DNA of 63,878 nucleotides, filler included, from Octopus bimaculoides (lineage: Eukaryota), in assembly GCF_001194135.2 (NCBI RefSeq). It is 7 parts of 6 records of this genome, joined end to end, with 100 filler letters (N's around TTAATTAATTAA, not from the genome) between each part and the next. Parts side by side here need not be neighbours in the genome. Positions count along the whole stretch, not along the records: positions 1 to 24,185 come from NC_068981.1; 6 more parts are not named here. The stretch is one strand, 5' to 3'. Positions 1-12,215 of this stretch are shown one piece after another. The position numbers and the translations under genes are program-made. The notes below the pieces were generated by a model. The model saw nothing but the letters and a program-made list of their open reading frames with translations, was not told the origin of the DNA and searched no databases. Positions within the stretch are counted from its first letter, which is position 1. Each line of letters begins with the position of its first letter.

Positions 1-345
1 CCCAGTGGTTAGGGCAGCGGACTCGCGGTTTCGATTCCCAGACAGGGCGTTGTGAGTGTTTATTGAACGAAAACACCTAAATCTCCACGAGGCTCCGGCG
101 AACCCTGCTGTACTCTTTCACCACAACTTTCTCTCACTCTTACTTCCTGTTTCTGTTGTGCCTGTAATTCAAAGGCTCAGCCTTGTCACACTGTGTCACG
201 CTGAATATCTCCGAGAACTACGTTAAGGGTATACGTGTCTGTGGAGTGCTCAGCCATTGGCACGTTAATTTCACGAGCAGGCTGTTCCGTTGATCGGATC
301 AACTGGAACCCTCGACGTCGTAAGCGACGGAGTGCCAACAAATTT
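1..345 (+). mobile_element. tRNA-derived SINE, family A (5' end clipped by window edge)
   Basis: tRNA-like head (CAGTGGTTAGGGCAGCGG...GGTTTCGATTCCC; A/B-box like), then a body that recurs at 30216-30475 (+) and 57970-58130 (-); ends in a TTTA-type tail. Confidence 0.85.
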
Positions 346-1050
346 ATTTACTTACTTTACCTGTACAAAGCACTTTCATATGTTTGTCCGGAATTCTCAT
401 ACTTGCTCTCAGACTTTTAGCTAGCCGAGGGCGGCGAGCTGGCAGAAAAAAAAAAAGATGGGAATGTATATCATATATGATGCATGGACGGCAGAGAAAT
501 ATATGCTGTGCATCACATATGATACACAGGAGAGGTAAATAGTTAATTTCATATTTTCATAATTTTTCCTTTGCGCAATTTATGAGCCGTTCTTCAAAAC
601 CAATAGCCTTAAATTCTGTCCATTCCAATTTTCACATATCTACCAATAAGTAGATTTCTGTAAAACAATGTCTGTGGTCACATGCTGTTTGTTTTATCTT
701 TTGTTTTTGTTCTCTACATTTTGTTCTCTACATTACATACCTTCAGGGGGTTCAAATTTTAATATCATCAACGAAAACAAATTCCTCTTAAATTTAATAA
801 CTATTGTTTAGCATATTACATATTTTTGCTTTTAGTAACAACACTTACTGCACACATATCTATTTTATTGATTTGATACATTAATGTATAGGACAAGAAT
901 TTTAAAAATGATATTTGCATGTTATTTTATTCGCTTATTATTTCTATAACTTACATCGAGTTTTTGACCGAATTTTTTTTTAAAAACCACTATTATGCTG
1001 TGTTCTTAATACAGGAGCTTTTACATTACACACGTACGCGTTAACACACA

Positions 1051-1081
<31 letters not shown>

Positions 1082-1334
1082 CCATAATTCATTTATCTAT
1101 TTGCTTGCCAGCACATTTTGCGATATATGTTATTGGCTCTGTTATGTGTGTTTTTCACACCTTTGCATCGGATTCCCATAAATTTTATTTTTACTTAGAT
1201 ATGTCCCGCTAAGTTAAACCGCTTGCTATTAATCCTAACGTTGTAAACACGAATTTATTTATTAAATCAATTTATCTGTGGTTGTAACGCTGGTAACACA
1301 TATCTGACTCAGAAAGGTATTGTGTATTCTATTA

Positions 1335-1538
1335 ATTGGTTCAGTCATTTGACTGTGGCCATGCTAGAGCACCGCCTTTAGTCGAAAAAACCTACCCCAG
1401 GACTTATTGTTTGTAAGCCTAGTACTTATTTTATCGGTCACTCTTGCCGAACCGCTAAGTTACGGGGACGTAAGCACACCAACATCAGTTGTCAAGCGAT
1501 GGTGGGGAGACAAACACAGACACACAAACATATACATA

Positions 1539-1608
<70 letters not shown>

Positions 1609-1750
1609 CATACGACGGACTTCTTTCAGTTTCCGTCTACCAAATCCATTCACAAGACTTTGGTCGTCCCGAGGCTATAGTAGAAAACACGTGCCCAAGT
1701 TGCTACGCAGTGGGACTGAACCCGGAACCATATGGTTACCATACAGCCGC
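1335..1750 (-). mobile_element. SINE family B (tRNA head + CORE-like domain + internal CA/TA microsatellite + 3' module), near full length
   Basis: Reverse complement has GGTTCAGTCCCACTGCG (B-box), a CORE-like TTGGGCACGTGTTTTCTACTATAGCCTCGG segment, a (TG)n spacer and a 3' end GCTCTAGCATGGCCACAGTCAAATGACTGAA; more than 15 homologous pieces occur in the window. Probably one of the octopus OR-type SINEs; name not verified. Confidence 0.85.
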
Positions 1751-1944
1751 ATCTATATACAAAGAATAAATTAAAATAAAACATAAAACGCTAGAAAGAA
1801 AGAAACAAGCGGAAGAAGAACAGCTGACTTACAATTAAATATTTCCCCTTTTTATAGACATTATGAAATGGAAGATTTTATTTAAAATAGTTCCACTTTA
1901 TTTTGTTAAATTGAGCTTGGATCACTTAATATCTTATCTTTTAT

Positions 1945-2139
1945 TTGTTTCAATAAACCGCCTTGCACAGTTTTTGTTGGATGAATCGACCCCAGTGTTT
2001 ATTTTCTTTAAAGTAAAGGAACTTATTCTATCGGTCTCTTACGCCGAACCGCTAGGTTACGGGGCTGTAAACACACCACCATCGGTTGTCAAGTGATGCT
2101 GGGGGACAAACATGAATACAAAGACACATATATTTATAC

Positions 2140-2179
<40 letters not shown>

Positions 2180-2335
2180 GACAGGCTTCTTTCAGTTTCC
2201 GTCTACTAAATTCACTCATAAGGCATCGATCGGCCCGATGCTATAGTAGAAGACACTTGTCCAAAATTCCACGCAGTGGGACTGAACCCAGGATCATTTG
2301 GTTGGGAAGCAAGCTTCTTACCACGCAGCTACGCC
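1945..2335 (-). mobile_element. SINE family B copy
   Basis: Colinear with 1335-1750, with a (TA)n spacer. Confidence 0.85.
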
Positions 2336-2364
2336 CGATATATTTATTTTCAATTATTTTGCTG

Positions 2365-2545
2365 GGAGAGGAGGTTGTCGATTACACTGACCTAGTTATA
2401 TGACAGGTAATTCATTTCATCGATCCTGAAGGGAAGAAGGGCAAAGTTAAACTTGGCGGAATTTGAACACAAACCATAAAGTACAAGAAGAAATACCACA
2501 GGATATCATTTCCGACGCTCTCACGATTACAGCAACGTCCCACCC
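2365..2545 (-). mobile_element. SINE family C, degenerate copy
   Basis: Reverse complement matches the family C core (GTTCAAATTCCGCC...TTTGCCCTTCTTCCCTTCAGGATCGAT). Confidence 0.7.
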
Positions 2546-3595
2546 TCATCATCTACAATTCATATTTAATCTTACTTTGTTTATATTTCAGTCTTCTTTT
2601 AAAGCTATTTGCATTTTAACATAATAATTTAGTTATACGTAAAGATAATTGTTTCTTGTTATAACCTAAATATATTAATCTAATGTTTTAGTAGGTTAAA
2701 CATATAAACATGTCATTGTTTTTTCATAATTCCAGCTATTTTCGTAAAATTTTTGTTTAATGAGAACTTTTTACATCGTTTTTAAAATACTTACCGCCAC
2801 TCGCCTTATAAGTATTTCATACACATTCGACTGTGCTTTATTTTCTCTTACTGTCATATGAAATATATTGAATTCAGTATTAATACGGATATATTTCTTT
2901 ATTATATACTAAAGTTCAATAGCTAATTTAATTTACATTGAATACGTATTTTAATGCAAATTTTATCTGATTTTATTATAAATAGAATACTCAGCATTAT
3001 GTACAAATATATTCGGAGCAGTGTCTTCGTGTTGGTTGTTATAATCACAACATTTCAGTAATTGTACACGCAGACCTTCTCGAGACTCTTCACAAATATA
3101 CTGTGTTAAAAGCACAATATATATCGGAGCGAGACGAACATCGTCCCAGCAGTGACCAACGAGAACGTCAGACCCGTTTCGGGATGCTTAAGCCTTTTCA
3201 ATTATGTGTACTCACTTGTCACATTCCTTGACGAAACCCCTCTCTGATATATAGGAAACAGTGAGTAATAAATTTTCTGATTGCGAAGATGCACCGAGCT
3301 TAATAAAAGCTTGGTGTAGGTAGCTGAAACGACGTTAGATTAAAATAGCTATCTGTGTATCATACTTAACGTATATACAACGCTCACTCACCCCTTCATT
3401 ATTCAGAATTAGCAGACGAAAGGAGTTAGTGTGCACGCACGCACAGACACACATATATACATATGCATATTTAAATATGTATGTACAAACATACGTGTGT
3501 GTATATATATGTGTGTGTAGATAGATGCGTGTATTTGTTAGTGTCTGTGTGTCTGTGTGTATGTGTGTATCTGTGTGTGTGTGTATGTGTGTGTA

Positions 3596-3645
<50 letters not shown>

Positions 3646-3983
3646 NNNNNNNNNNNNNNNNNNNNNNNNNNNNNNNNNNNNNNNNNNNNNNNNNNNNNNN
3701 NNNNNNNNNNNNNNNNNNNNNNNNNNNNNNNNNNNNNNNNNNNNNNNNNNNNNNNNNNNNNNNNNNNNNNNNNNNNNNNNNNNNNNNNNNNNNNNNNNNN
3801 NNNNNNNNNNNNNNNNNNNNNNNNNNNNNNNNNNNNNNNNNNNNNNNNNNNNNNNNNNNNNNNNNNNNNNNNNNNNNNNNNNNNNNNNNNNNNNNNNNNN
3901 NNNNNNNNNNNNNNNNNNNNNNNNNNNNNNNNNNNNNNNNNNNNNNNNNNNNNNNNNNNNNNNNNNNNNNNNNNNNNNNNNNN

Positions 3984-4031
<48 letters not shown>

Positions 4032-4394
4032 TATATATATGTGTGTGTATATATATACAGGGAGAGAGAGAGAACAAGTTATTAAAGATGGAAAGGAAAA
4101 ATAAGGGGGTATATATCATGCTATCATTATCTTTGAAGAAAGACAGAACTGTTGCAATGTGTATTATTAGCATTATGCAGATACTTTCATGTATTTTCTC
4201 CCTCTCTCCCTCTCTCAAATGCGCGCATGCGCGCACACACGCACGTATATGTCCATATAATATATACATATGAACTTACATGTAAAGATTTTAAACGCAA
4301 ATACTCATGCATACATCGATATAACATAAATACGCAGACATGCATAAATATATGCAAGCAGGCATACGTATAAACGCATACGTACATATATATA

Positions 4395-4439
<45 letters not shown>

Positions 4440-4441
<2 letters not shown>

Positions 4442-4515
4442 TCTTTTATTTGTTTCAGTCATTCGACTGCGGCCATGCTGGAGCACCACCTTTAGTCGAA
4501 CAAATCGACCCCAGA
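4440..4515 (-). mobile_element. SINE family B 3' end fragment
   Basis: TTTCAGTCATTCGACTGCGGCCATGCTGGAGCACCACCTTTAGTCGAACAAATCGACCCCAG. Confidence 0.8.
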
Positions 4516-5520
4516 TAACCAAGTGCCCTGTTAATGTATTCATATNNNNNNNNNNNNNNNNNNNNNNNNNNNNNNNNNNNNNNNNNNNNNNNNNNNNNNN
4601 NNNNNNNNNNNNNNNNNNNNNNNNNNNNNNNNNNNNNNNNNNNNNNNNNNNNNNNNNNNNNNNNNNNNNNNNNNNNNNNNNNNNNNNNNNNNNNNNNNNN
4701 NNNNNNNNNNNNNNNNNNNNNNNNNNNNNNNNNNNNNNNNNNNNNNNNNNNNNNNNNNNNNNNNNNNNNNNNNNNNNNNNNNNNNNNNNNNNNNNNNNNN
4801 NNNNNNNNNNNNNNNNNNNNNNNNNNNNNNNNNNNNNNNNNNNNNNNNNNNNNNNNNNNNNNNNNNNNNNNNNNNNNNNNNNNNNNNNNNNNNNNNNNNN
4901 NNNNNNNNNNNNNNNNNNNNNNNNNNNNNNNNNNNNNNNNNNNNNNNNNNNNNNNNNNNNNNNNNNNNNNNNNNNNNNNNNNNNNNNNNNNNNNNNNNNN
5001 NNNNNNNNNNNNNNNNNNNNNNNNNNNNNNNNNNNNNNNNNNNNNNNNNNNNNNNNNNNNNNNNNNNNNNNNNNNNNNNNNNNNNNNNNNNNNNNNNNNN
5101 NNNNNNNNNNNNNNNNNNNNNNNNNNNNNNNNNNNNNNNNNNNNNNNNNNNNNNNNNNNNNNNNNNNNNNNNNNNNNNNNNNNNNNNNNNNNNNNNNNNN
5201 NNNNNNNNNNNNNNNNNNNNNNNNNNNNNNNNNNNNNNNNNNNNNNNNNNNNNNNNNNNNNNNNNNNNNNNNNNNNNNNNNNNNNNNNNNNNNNNNNNNN
5301 NNNNNNNNNNNNNNNNNNNNNNNNNNNNNNNNNNNNNNNNNNNNNNNNNNNNNNNNNNNNNNNNNNNNNNNNNNNNNNNNNNNNNNNNNNNNNNNNNNNN
5401 NNNNNNNNNNNNNNNNNNNNNNNNNNNNNNNNNNNNNNNNNNNNNNNNNNNNNNNNNNNNNNNNNNNNNNNNNNNNNNNNNNNNNNNNNNNNNNNNNNNN
5501 NNNNNNNNNNNNNNNNNNNN

Positions 5521-5563
<43 letters not shown>

Positions 5564-5689
5564 AATGTCTCCCTGTTCCAAACACAGTGTGCTTGATGGA
5601 ACACGGTACTGATAATAATGACATATAAAGATATTTTGAACAATGACGTTAGCCATTTAGTAATACAAAATGTTTTACATGTTAGTAAG

Positions 5690-5850
5690 TGATTCTCTAC
5701 ATAGCCACAAGACCAGGTAGAAACAGGAGACGAATTTTCATCAAACTACACTCTGTTATTTTTTTAATGGACACATTTGACTATGTAGGTCGTGGTACAC
5801 TGTCCTAGGAAAACAGATGAATGATCATGGTAGGAATCCCATTGTTTATT
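5690..5850 (+). repeat. Ancient dispersed repeat family X (SINE-like), degenerate copy
   Basis: Shares ordered motifs (CTGCTAGAAATAG-like, CACATTGGATAA-like, GCTGGAAT-like; several copies end in an (AAC)n tail) with copies near 7560-7770, 12440-12660, 13310-13480 (-), 22100-22260, 23390-23510 and 33560-33780. Aligned by eye only. Confidence 0.5.
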
Positions 5851-7559
5851 GGTGTACAGGATATGAGGGCTGATTCGAACCAAAATACCAACAGCAATTT
5901 CAGTAAAACAACGAAATACCCTTTATAACCAACAAAATGTTATCTATGAGTATGTTATCTTTAAATGTGAGGAAAATGTCTCCAATGAGAGGCAATTTCG
6001 GCTTTGCTCAGTTACGTGACAATTACTTCACGTTGCTTTTACAGTCCAAGTGCAAGTAATTATTTAAAAAAATCTGTTGGACAAAAGAAGTAATGAGCCT
6101 GAGGTGGCAAAAATGACTGAAATTGGAAATTTTATATCTGATTTCTGGGCTGACTTGCCATCTATATCCAGCAACTACTACTTGTATTTTACTGTCCTAT
6201 GCGGAGTAAATCTACTAAATAAATTCAGATACGATGTCATCCATAAGAAGCGTTTCTCAGAGGTATTATTGCAAATATTTACCCCAATTTAAATATTTAC
6301 ATTCAAACTTCTGCCGAATGTAAACAGAATATTCTGCCATTTCCATTTGGGACAGAAAATAAGAAACATGTACTGTTACAGAGATTAAACAGCGATCAGA
6401 TATGAACATTTCCTGCGATCGTAATGGCCAACTGCTTCTTAGCTGATTATAAATTCATATTTACACATTGGCTGACTTCATTGTGTAGCTAAGTATTTAA
6501 TCAAGAATGATGAAATATCGAGGTTCTCAGGCAAATGCATTATCATCTAACCCGGATTTCAGTTCCCAAAAGAAACTACGTAAGAATAATTTTTGTGAGT
6601 CAGCATGTAACCTTTTACTGTTTTTGTGATATAAGTTCCAGCTCTAGAGCTTTGGTTCTCAGTTAAAAACTAATTCGTCTGAGTACCTCGAAAAATTAAT
6701 ATGTATACCCCGCGGTAAGAATCAAATGGCACATACCGTTTTCTTTTAATGGCTATCACCTCTTTTCGTCCGATGGCCATAGTTTAATAGATTTTGATCA
6801 AATGACCGTTCGACAGGGGCTGATTTGGAGCCAACCACCACTACCATTACCAACAGCAACAACACTGTTTCTTTCAAAGATATCTTTTAATAAAGATTTA
6901 ATAACCAAGTCTCGATCAACATCCCGAAAAATTGTGACACTAAAGATCTGAAGAAAACAAATCCAGACACTATCAGTGACAAAAGATACAAGTAGCTTAT
7001 TTATTACATTTCTTAAACATTCTAGGTGTTACAGTTTTTGTCGTTTATCTCACTGAGATTCCACATTCTCTGCATAACGAAAATTTCATGTTAAAGTCAA
7101 TGCTCCTTCTTCAGTGCTAAGATGAGAATACTTGAAGACTAAACAGCTGCTGAACCTTTAAGAGCTACAAAAATGAAAGGAAAAACAGCACAGGTAAGTG
7201 ACAGAACAGAAAACTGTTGACACAGAATCGACTACACAAACTCAAACGCTTCGATATATAAGCCCATTTAAGCAAAAGCTTTTATTTAGCATAAGTAATC
7301 CTACACTTCATATCTTATAATAAATTGTTTGTCATGGAACTGTTCTTCTACTCTATTTTACAGTTACTAGAATAGCTTCTGCTCTTCTGAATTCTCCAAC
7401 TCTGAGCTATGTCTACCTATTTCATTCACTTGCTTCTTCTCTTGTTCTTGTTAGATAAGAAATCTCACCGATAAAAGTATGTTGATTACTTTGTAGTTCT
7501 CATATGGTTTAGACTTGGATTTCATTGGTAGATACTAAACACGGAACACGTAACTACTG

Positions 7560-7770
7560 ACTCAATGACAAAGCTTCAACGATCTGCTAGAAATAGTATT
7601 CAAATCGCACTCATATCAACTCTTATTATCATAAAAAAAGCAGAACACATTGGATAAAATAGTCGTGGATGCAATTCGTTTGATAAAAGACTGGCTGATC
7701 TTAGCTGGAATACGTTTGAACCTCTTCTCAGTCAGAGATCGCTCGCGTCTAAACAGCAACACCAGAAAGA
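7560..7770 (+). repeat. Repeat family X copy
   Basis: GATCTGCTAGAAATAG...GAACACATTGGATAAAATAGTCGTGGAT...TTAGCTGGAATACGTTTGAA. Confidence 0.55.
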
Positions 7771-7887
7771 ACCAGCAACGTTAAGTATAAATGACTGAAG
7801 TTAAATGTGCTATAAATTATATTCAGTAGTATTGACAGTTGTGTAGTAGAAGGTAATATATAAATGCACCATGCATTACATCTCAAT

Positions 7888-7921
<34 letters not shown>

Positions 7922-8059
7922 AGTTAGCGACTTGAACTAATCAACCAGACAGAGAGAGAGAGAGAAGTTGGGACATCTAACGTTGTCATTCAACATGTTG
8001 GAGATGCTGGTTTATTAATATTCTAACAACAAAGGAAATATTCGCTAACCATAACCAGT

Positions 8060-8218
8060 CGCAGGCGTGGCTGTATGCTAAGAAGTTTGCTTCCCAACCA
8101 CATGGTTCCGGGTTCAGTCCCACTGCGTGACACCTTCAGCAAATGTCTTCCACTGTAACCTCGGCCGATCAAACACTTGTGAGTGGATTTGGTAGACAGA
8201 AACTGAAAGAATTCCGTC
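8060..8218 (+). mobile_element. SINE family B 5' half (tRNA head + CORE-like)
   Basis: GGCGTGGCTGTATGCTAAGAAG...GGGTTCAGTCCCACTGCGTGACACCTTCAGCAAATGTCTTCC...GAAACTGAAAGAA. Confidence 0.85.
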
Positions 8219-8224
8219 TTATGC

Positions 8225-8450
8225 TCTTTATCTTCTACTTGTTTTAGTCATGCTGGGGCACGGCTTTGAAAGGTTTTAGTCGAACAAATCGACCCCAGAA
8301 CATTTTCTTTAAAGTAAAGGTACTTATTCTAAAGGTTGTTTTTGCTGAACCGCTAGGTTACAGGGACGTAAACACAGCAACACCAGTACACCAGTCGTCT
8401 AGTGGTGGTGGGTGACAAGCACAAACACAAAGATACACACTCATACGCAC
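8225..8450 (-). mobile_element. SINE family B 3' half
   Basis: Matches the 3' half of 1335-1750 in the same (minus) orientation and runs into (CA)n and a gap. Confidence 0.8.
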
Positions 8451-8454
8451 ACAA

Positions 8455-8513
<59 letters not shown>

Positions 8514-9459
8514 NNNNNNNNNNNNNNNNNNNNNNNNNNNNNNNNNNNNNNNNNNNNNNNNNNNNNNNNNNNNNNNNNNNNNNNNNNNNNNNNNNNNNNN
8601 NNNNNNNNNNNNNNNNNNNNNNNNNNNNNNNNNNNNNNNNNNNNNNNNNNNNNNNNNNNNNNNNNNNNNNNNNNNNNNNNNNNNNNNNNNNNNNNNNNNN
8701 NNNNNNNNNNNNNNNNNNNNNNNNNNNNNNNNNNNNNNNNNNNNNNNNNNNNNNNNNNNNNNNNNNNNNNNNNNNNNNNNNNNNNNNNNNNNNNNNNNNN
8801 NNNNNNNNNNNNNNNNNNNNNNNNNNNNNNNNNNNNNNNNNNNNNNNNNNNNNNNNNNNNNNNNNNNNNNNNNNNNNNNNNNNNNNNNNNNNNNNNNNNN
8901 NNNNNNNNNNNNNNNNNNNNNNNNNNNNNNNNNNNNNNNNNNNNNNNNNNNNNNNNNNNNNNNNNNNNNNNNNNNNNNNNNNNNNNNNNNNNNNNNNNNN
9001 NNNNNNNNNNNNNNNNNNNNNNNNNNNNNNNNNNNNNNNNNNNNNNNNNNNNNNNNNNNNNNNNNNNNNNNNNNNNNNNNNNNNNNNNNNNNNNNNNNNN
9101 NNNNNNNNNNNNNNNNNNNNNNNNNNNNNNNNNNNNNNNNNNNNNNNNNNNNNNNNNNNNNNNNNNNNNNNNNNNNNNNNNNNNNNNNNNNNNNNNNNNN
9201 NNNNNNNNNNNNNNNNNNNNNNNNNNNNNNNNNNNNNNNNNNNNNNNNNNNNNNNNNNNNNNNNNNNNNNNNNNNNNNNNNNNNNNNNNNNNNNNNNNNN
9301 NNNNNNNNNNNNNNNNNNNNNNNNNNNNNNNNNNNNNNNNNNNNNNNNNNNNNNNNNNNNNNNNNNNNNNNNNNNNNNNNNNNNNNNNNNNNNNNNNNNN
9401 NNNNNNNNNNNNNNNNNNNNNNNNNNNNNNNNNNNNNNNNNNNNNNNNNNNNNNNNNAA

Positions 9460-9720
9460 TAATATATAAACATATGCATATATCCATACATGTATGTACA
9501 TACCTACATCTATATGTATACATACATGCATATATGGGTACAGGACATCACAAAAAAAAAACGTTAAACACAACGAGAAACGAAAACATAAAGACGAAAA
9601 CAAAAAACGAACATTTTTCGAACAACGAAAAAAACAAACAGAGAAACGAGACATACAACATAAAGAGTATAACCCTTCGTCAGTTGTCCCTGTTCCATCT
9701 ACTCCGCCTTTCGAAGGCAA
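9460..9720. repeat. Dispersed repeat family Y
   Basis: CATATGCATATAT...CATACCTACATCTA...GGGTACAGGACAT motif order recurs at 61624-61800 (same strand) and 57579-57730 (opposite strand). Confidence 0.6.
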
Positions 9721-9744
9721 GACAAACTTATTTCTGTTTGCGTC

Positions 9745-9858
9745 TTCAAATCTAGTCACAAGGGTTTGGCCGAACCGAGTAGAAGACACTTGCCCAAGAA
9801 CCCACGCAGTGGGACTGAACCTGGAACCACGAGGTTGTGAAGCACGCTTCTTACCATA
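9745..9858 (-). mobile_element. SINE family B 5' half
   Basis: TAGAAGACACTTGCCCAAGAACCCACGCAGTGGGACTGAACCTGGAACCAC...CTTCTTACCATAC. Confidence 0.8.
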
Positions 9859-9859
9859 C

Positions 9860-10070
9860 GTGTGTGTGTGTGTTTGTGTTTGTGTTTGTGTTTGTCCCCC
9901 ACCACCGCTTGACAACCGACGGTGCTGTATTTACGATCTCGTAACTTCGCGACTCAGCAGAAGGGACCAATAGAATAAGTATCAGGCTTAAAAAAGTACT
10001 GGGGTGGATTCTTCAAGGGGGTGCCCCAGCATGGCCGCAGTCTAATGCCTGAAACAAGTAGAAGATAAAA
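9860..10070 (+). mobile_element. SINE family B 3' half
   Basis: TGTTTGTCCCCACCACCGCTTGACAACCG...GGTGCCCCAGCATGGCCGCAGTCTAATGCCTGAAACAAGTAGAAG. Confidence 0.8.
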
Positions 10071-11116
10071 CATAAAGGAGTCATGCTTTGGAAAGTACGA
10101 AGTTGCGCTAATTCATATATGTTTTGGTAGAGAGACAGGAGTGGAAAAATGGGAAGAGTATAAGGATGAATATGCGAGAACTTGAAATACAGGAAGAGAA
10201 AGAACGTTGATCGAGCCAAGTTTAGGGGAGATCAATAGCGGATGGGTGATTAGGTGGAAAATATGCGGAAGATTGGGTGATTATGATAGATGGTGAAAGG
10301 GTGTGGGACTTATTGGTACGGTTGTATGAGGTACAATGGTCGTCGTTTGGTACAGGCATATCATATGCTAAACAATGTGTGAGTTTTGGAATCGACTAGT
10401 AAAAAATACTAAAATGGGATTTGATCCAGATATGATCAAGAGGCTGGTAAAGAACAATTTAAAAGATGGGTGGCTTGTTGGTATTGTTGTTGTTGTTGGT
10501 AGTGGTGGTGGTTATTATATTGTTAGGAGTAAAATATTATTTAGTACACTATGTACGAAGTGAATTCAATTTTAAGTATAATGGATTAAGTGAATATAAA
10601 TGAATAAAACATGGAGAATTAAGGAGAGGGAATTTAACATTTTAACAATACAACAATATATAAATGTATATNNNNNNNNNNNNNNNNNNNNNNNNNNNNN
10701 NNNNNNNNNNNNNNNNNNNNNNNNNNNNNNNNNNNNNNNNNNNNNNNNNNNNNNNNNNNNNNNNNNNNNNNNNNNNNNNNNNNNNNNNNNNNNNNNNNNN
10801 NNNNNNNNNNNNNNNNNNNNNNNNNNNNNNNNNNNNNNNNNNNNNNNNNNNNNNNNNNNNNNNNNNNNNNNNNNNNNNNNNNNNNNNNNNNNNNNNNNNN
10901 NNNNNNNNNNNNNNNNNNNNNNNNNNNNNNNNNNNNNNNNNNNNNNNNNNNNNNNNNNNNNNNNNNNNNNNNNNNNNNNNNNNNNNNNNNNNNNNNNNNN
11001 NNNNNNNNNNNNNNNNNNNNNNNNNNNNNNNNNNNNNNNNNNNNNNNNNNNNNNNNNNNNNNNNNNNNNNNNNNNNNNNNNNNNNNNNNNNNNNNNNNNN
11101 NNNNNNNNNNNNNNNN

Positions 11117-11181
<65 letters not shown>

Positions 11182-11670
11182 TATATTATATAGGCGCGCT
11201 AATGCGAACAAGAAAAATATAACTGAGTATATGTAGATTTTTGTTATAAATATATATATATATATGGGGGTATAGTGATAGATAAAAGCTTGGGTATTAA
11301 TTTGGCACTCAGAGAAATAGGCATTTTCATAACGTTTTAGGCGTGGTCTTTCATTAAGCGCGAAGGAATAGAACAAACGAGGAAGAGAAGAGAAAAATGT
11401 AATAAAAGGAAAACGTTATGAGGGAGGAAAAATCCATATGCCAGCCTTAGTTACGCCATATTGGAAATGATTGAAAGAGAGGAGAAAACCTAGTTTCAAA
11501 TACAGAAGCGGAAAGTTAGACGTAGAATGTGCAGTTTATGCATGTATGCATGCATGTAACTGATTTGAACATTGAGAGTGTATTTGTGAACACGTTTGTT
11601 TTGGGGGTGTGCGTGTGCGTGTGTTTGTTAATTGTGTTTTTCGAATGTGTGCTGTAACAGAGAATCTGAA

Positions 11671-11916
11671 TAATGTGTGTAGATGTTGTTTGTATAAGTG
11701 CTCATGTATTGTGTTGTAGAGCTGTGTAAATGCATGTTTGTATCTGTTGTTGTTGTGTGTGTGTGTGTGTGTGTGTATAAGTTCGCTTGTGTTGTGTGTG
11801 TTCACGTTCAGTGAAATATTTTTGCAGGTATGTATTTGTTGTCTTATTTGAGAGTATTCACACATCTCTACAACACAACACATGAGCATGTATACAAACA
11901 ACAACTACACACATTA
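11671..11916. repeat. Inverted repeat, 56-bp arms (11671-11726 / 11861-11916)
   Basis: TAATGTGTGTAGATGTTGTTTGTATAAGTGCTCATGTATTGTGTTGTAGAGCTGTG versus the reverse complement of CACATCTCTACAACACAACACATGAGCATGTATACAAACAACAACTACACACATTA; about 5 mismatches. Confidence 0.85.
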
Positions 11917-12118
11917 CACAGTATATGTTATATTGGAGGATGGATGAGAAGAGATAAAGAATCAGCTGATGTTTGTGTTTATAGGTGTTCGCTATGTGCG
12001 TATGTTGCCTGGTGTGCACATGTATTTATGTATATATGCGTGCGTATTTATAGCGGTTTGGAAGTTGTGTTTCTGCGCTTGTTGTATTTCATACATACAC
12101 ACGTACACATTTACACAC

Positions 12119-12119
<1 letters not shown>

Positions 12120-12149
<30 letters not shown>

Positions 12150-12215
12150 TGTATGTATGTATGTTTGTATGTATGTATGTATGTATGTATGTATGTATGT
12201 ATGTATGTATGTATG
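12120..12215. repeat. (TATG)n microsatellite
   Basis: Direct reading. Confidence 0.95.

Noticed and set aside
3335-5656. Long ORFs of the ORF track that span N runs or microsatellites ([12 protein letters not shown], poly-I, poly-H and similar), here and throughout the window
   Set aside because: They are open only because N runs and simple repeats lack stop codons; no domain content.
6077-6292. 71-aa ORF and a possible AG/GT-bounded 34-nt exon (YDVIHKKRFSE)
   Set aside because: No recognisable domain, weak pyrimidine tract and weak donor.
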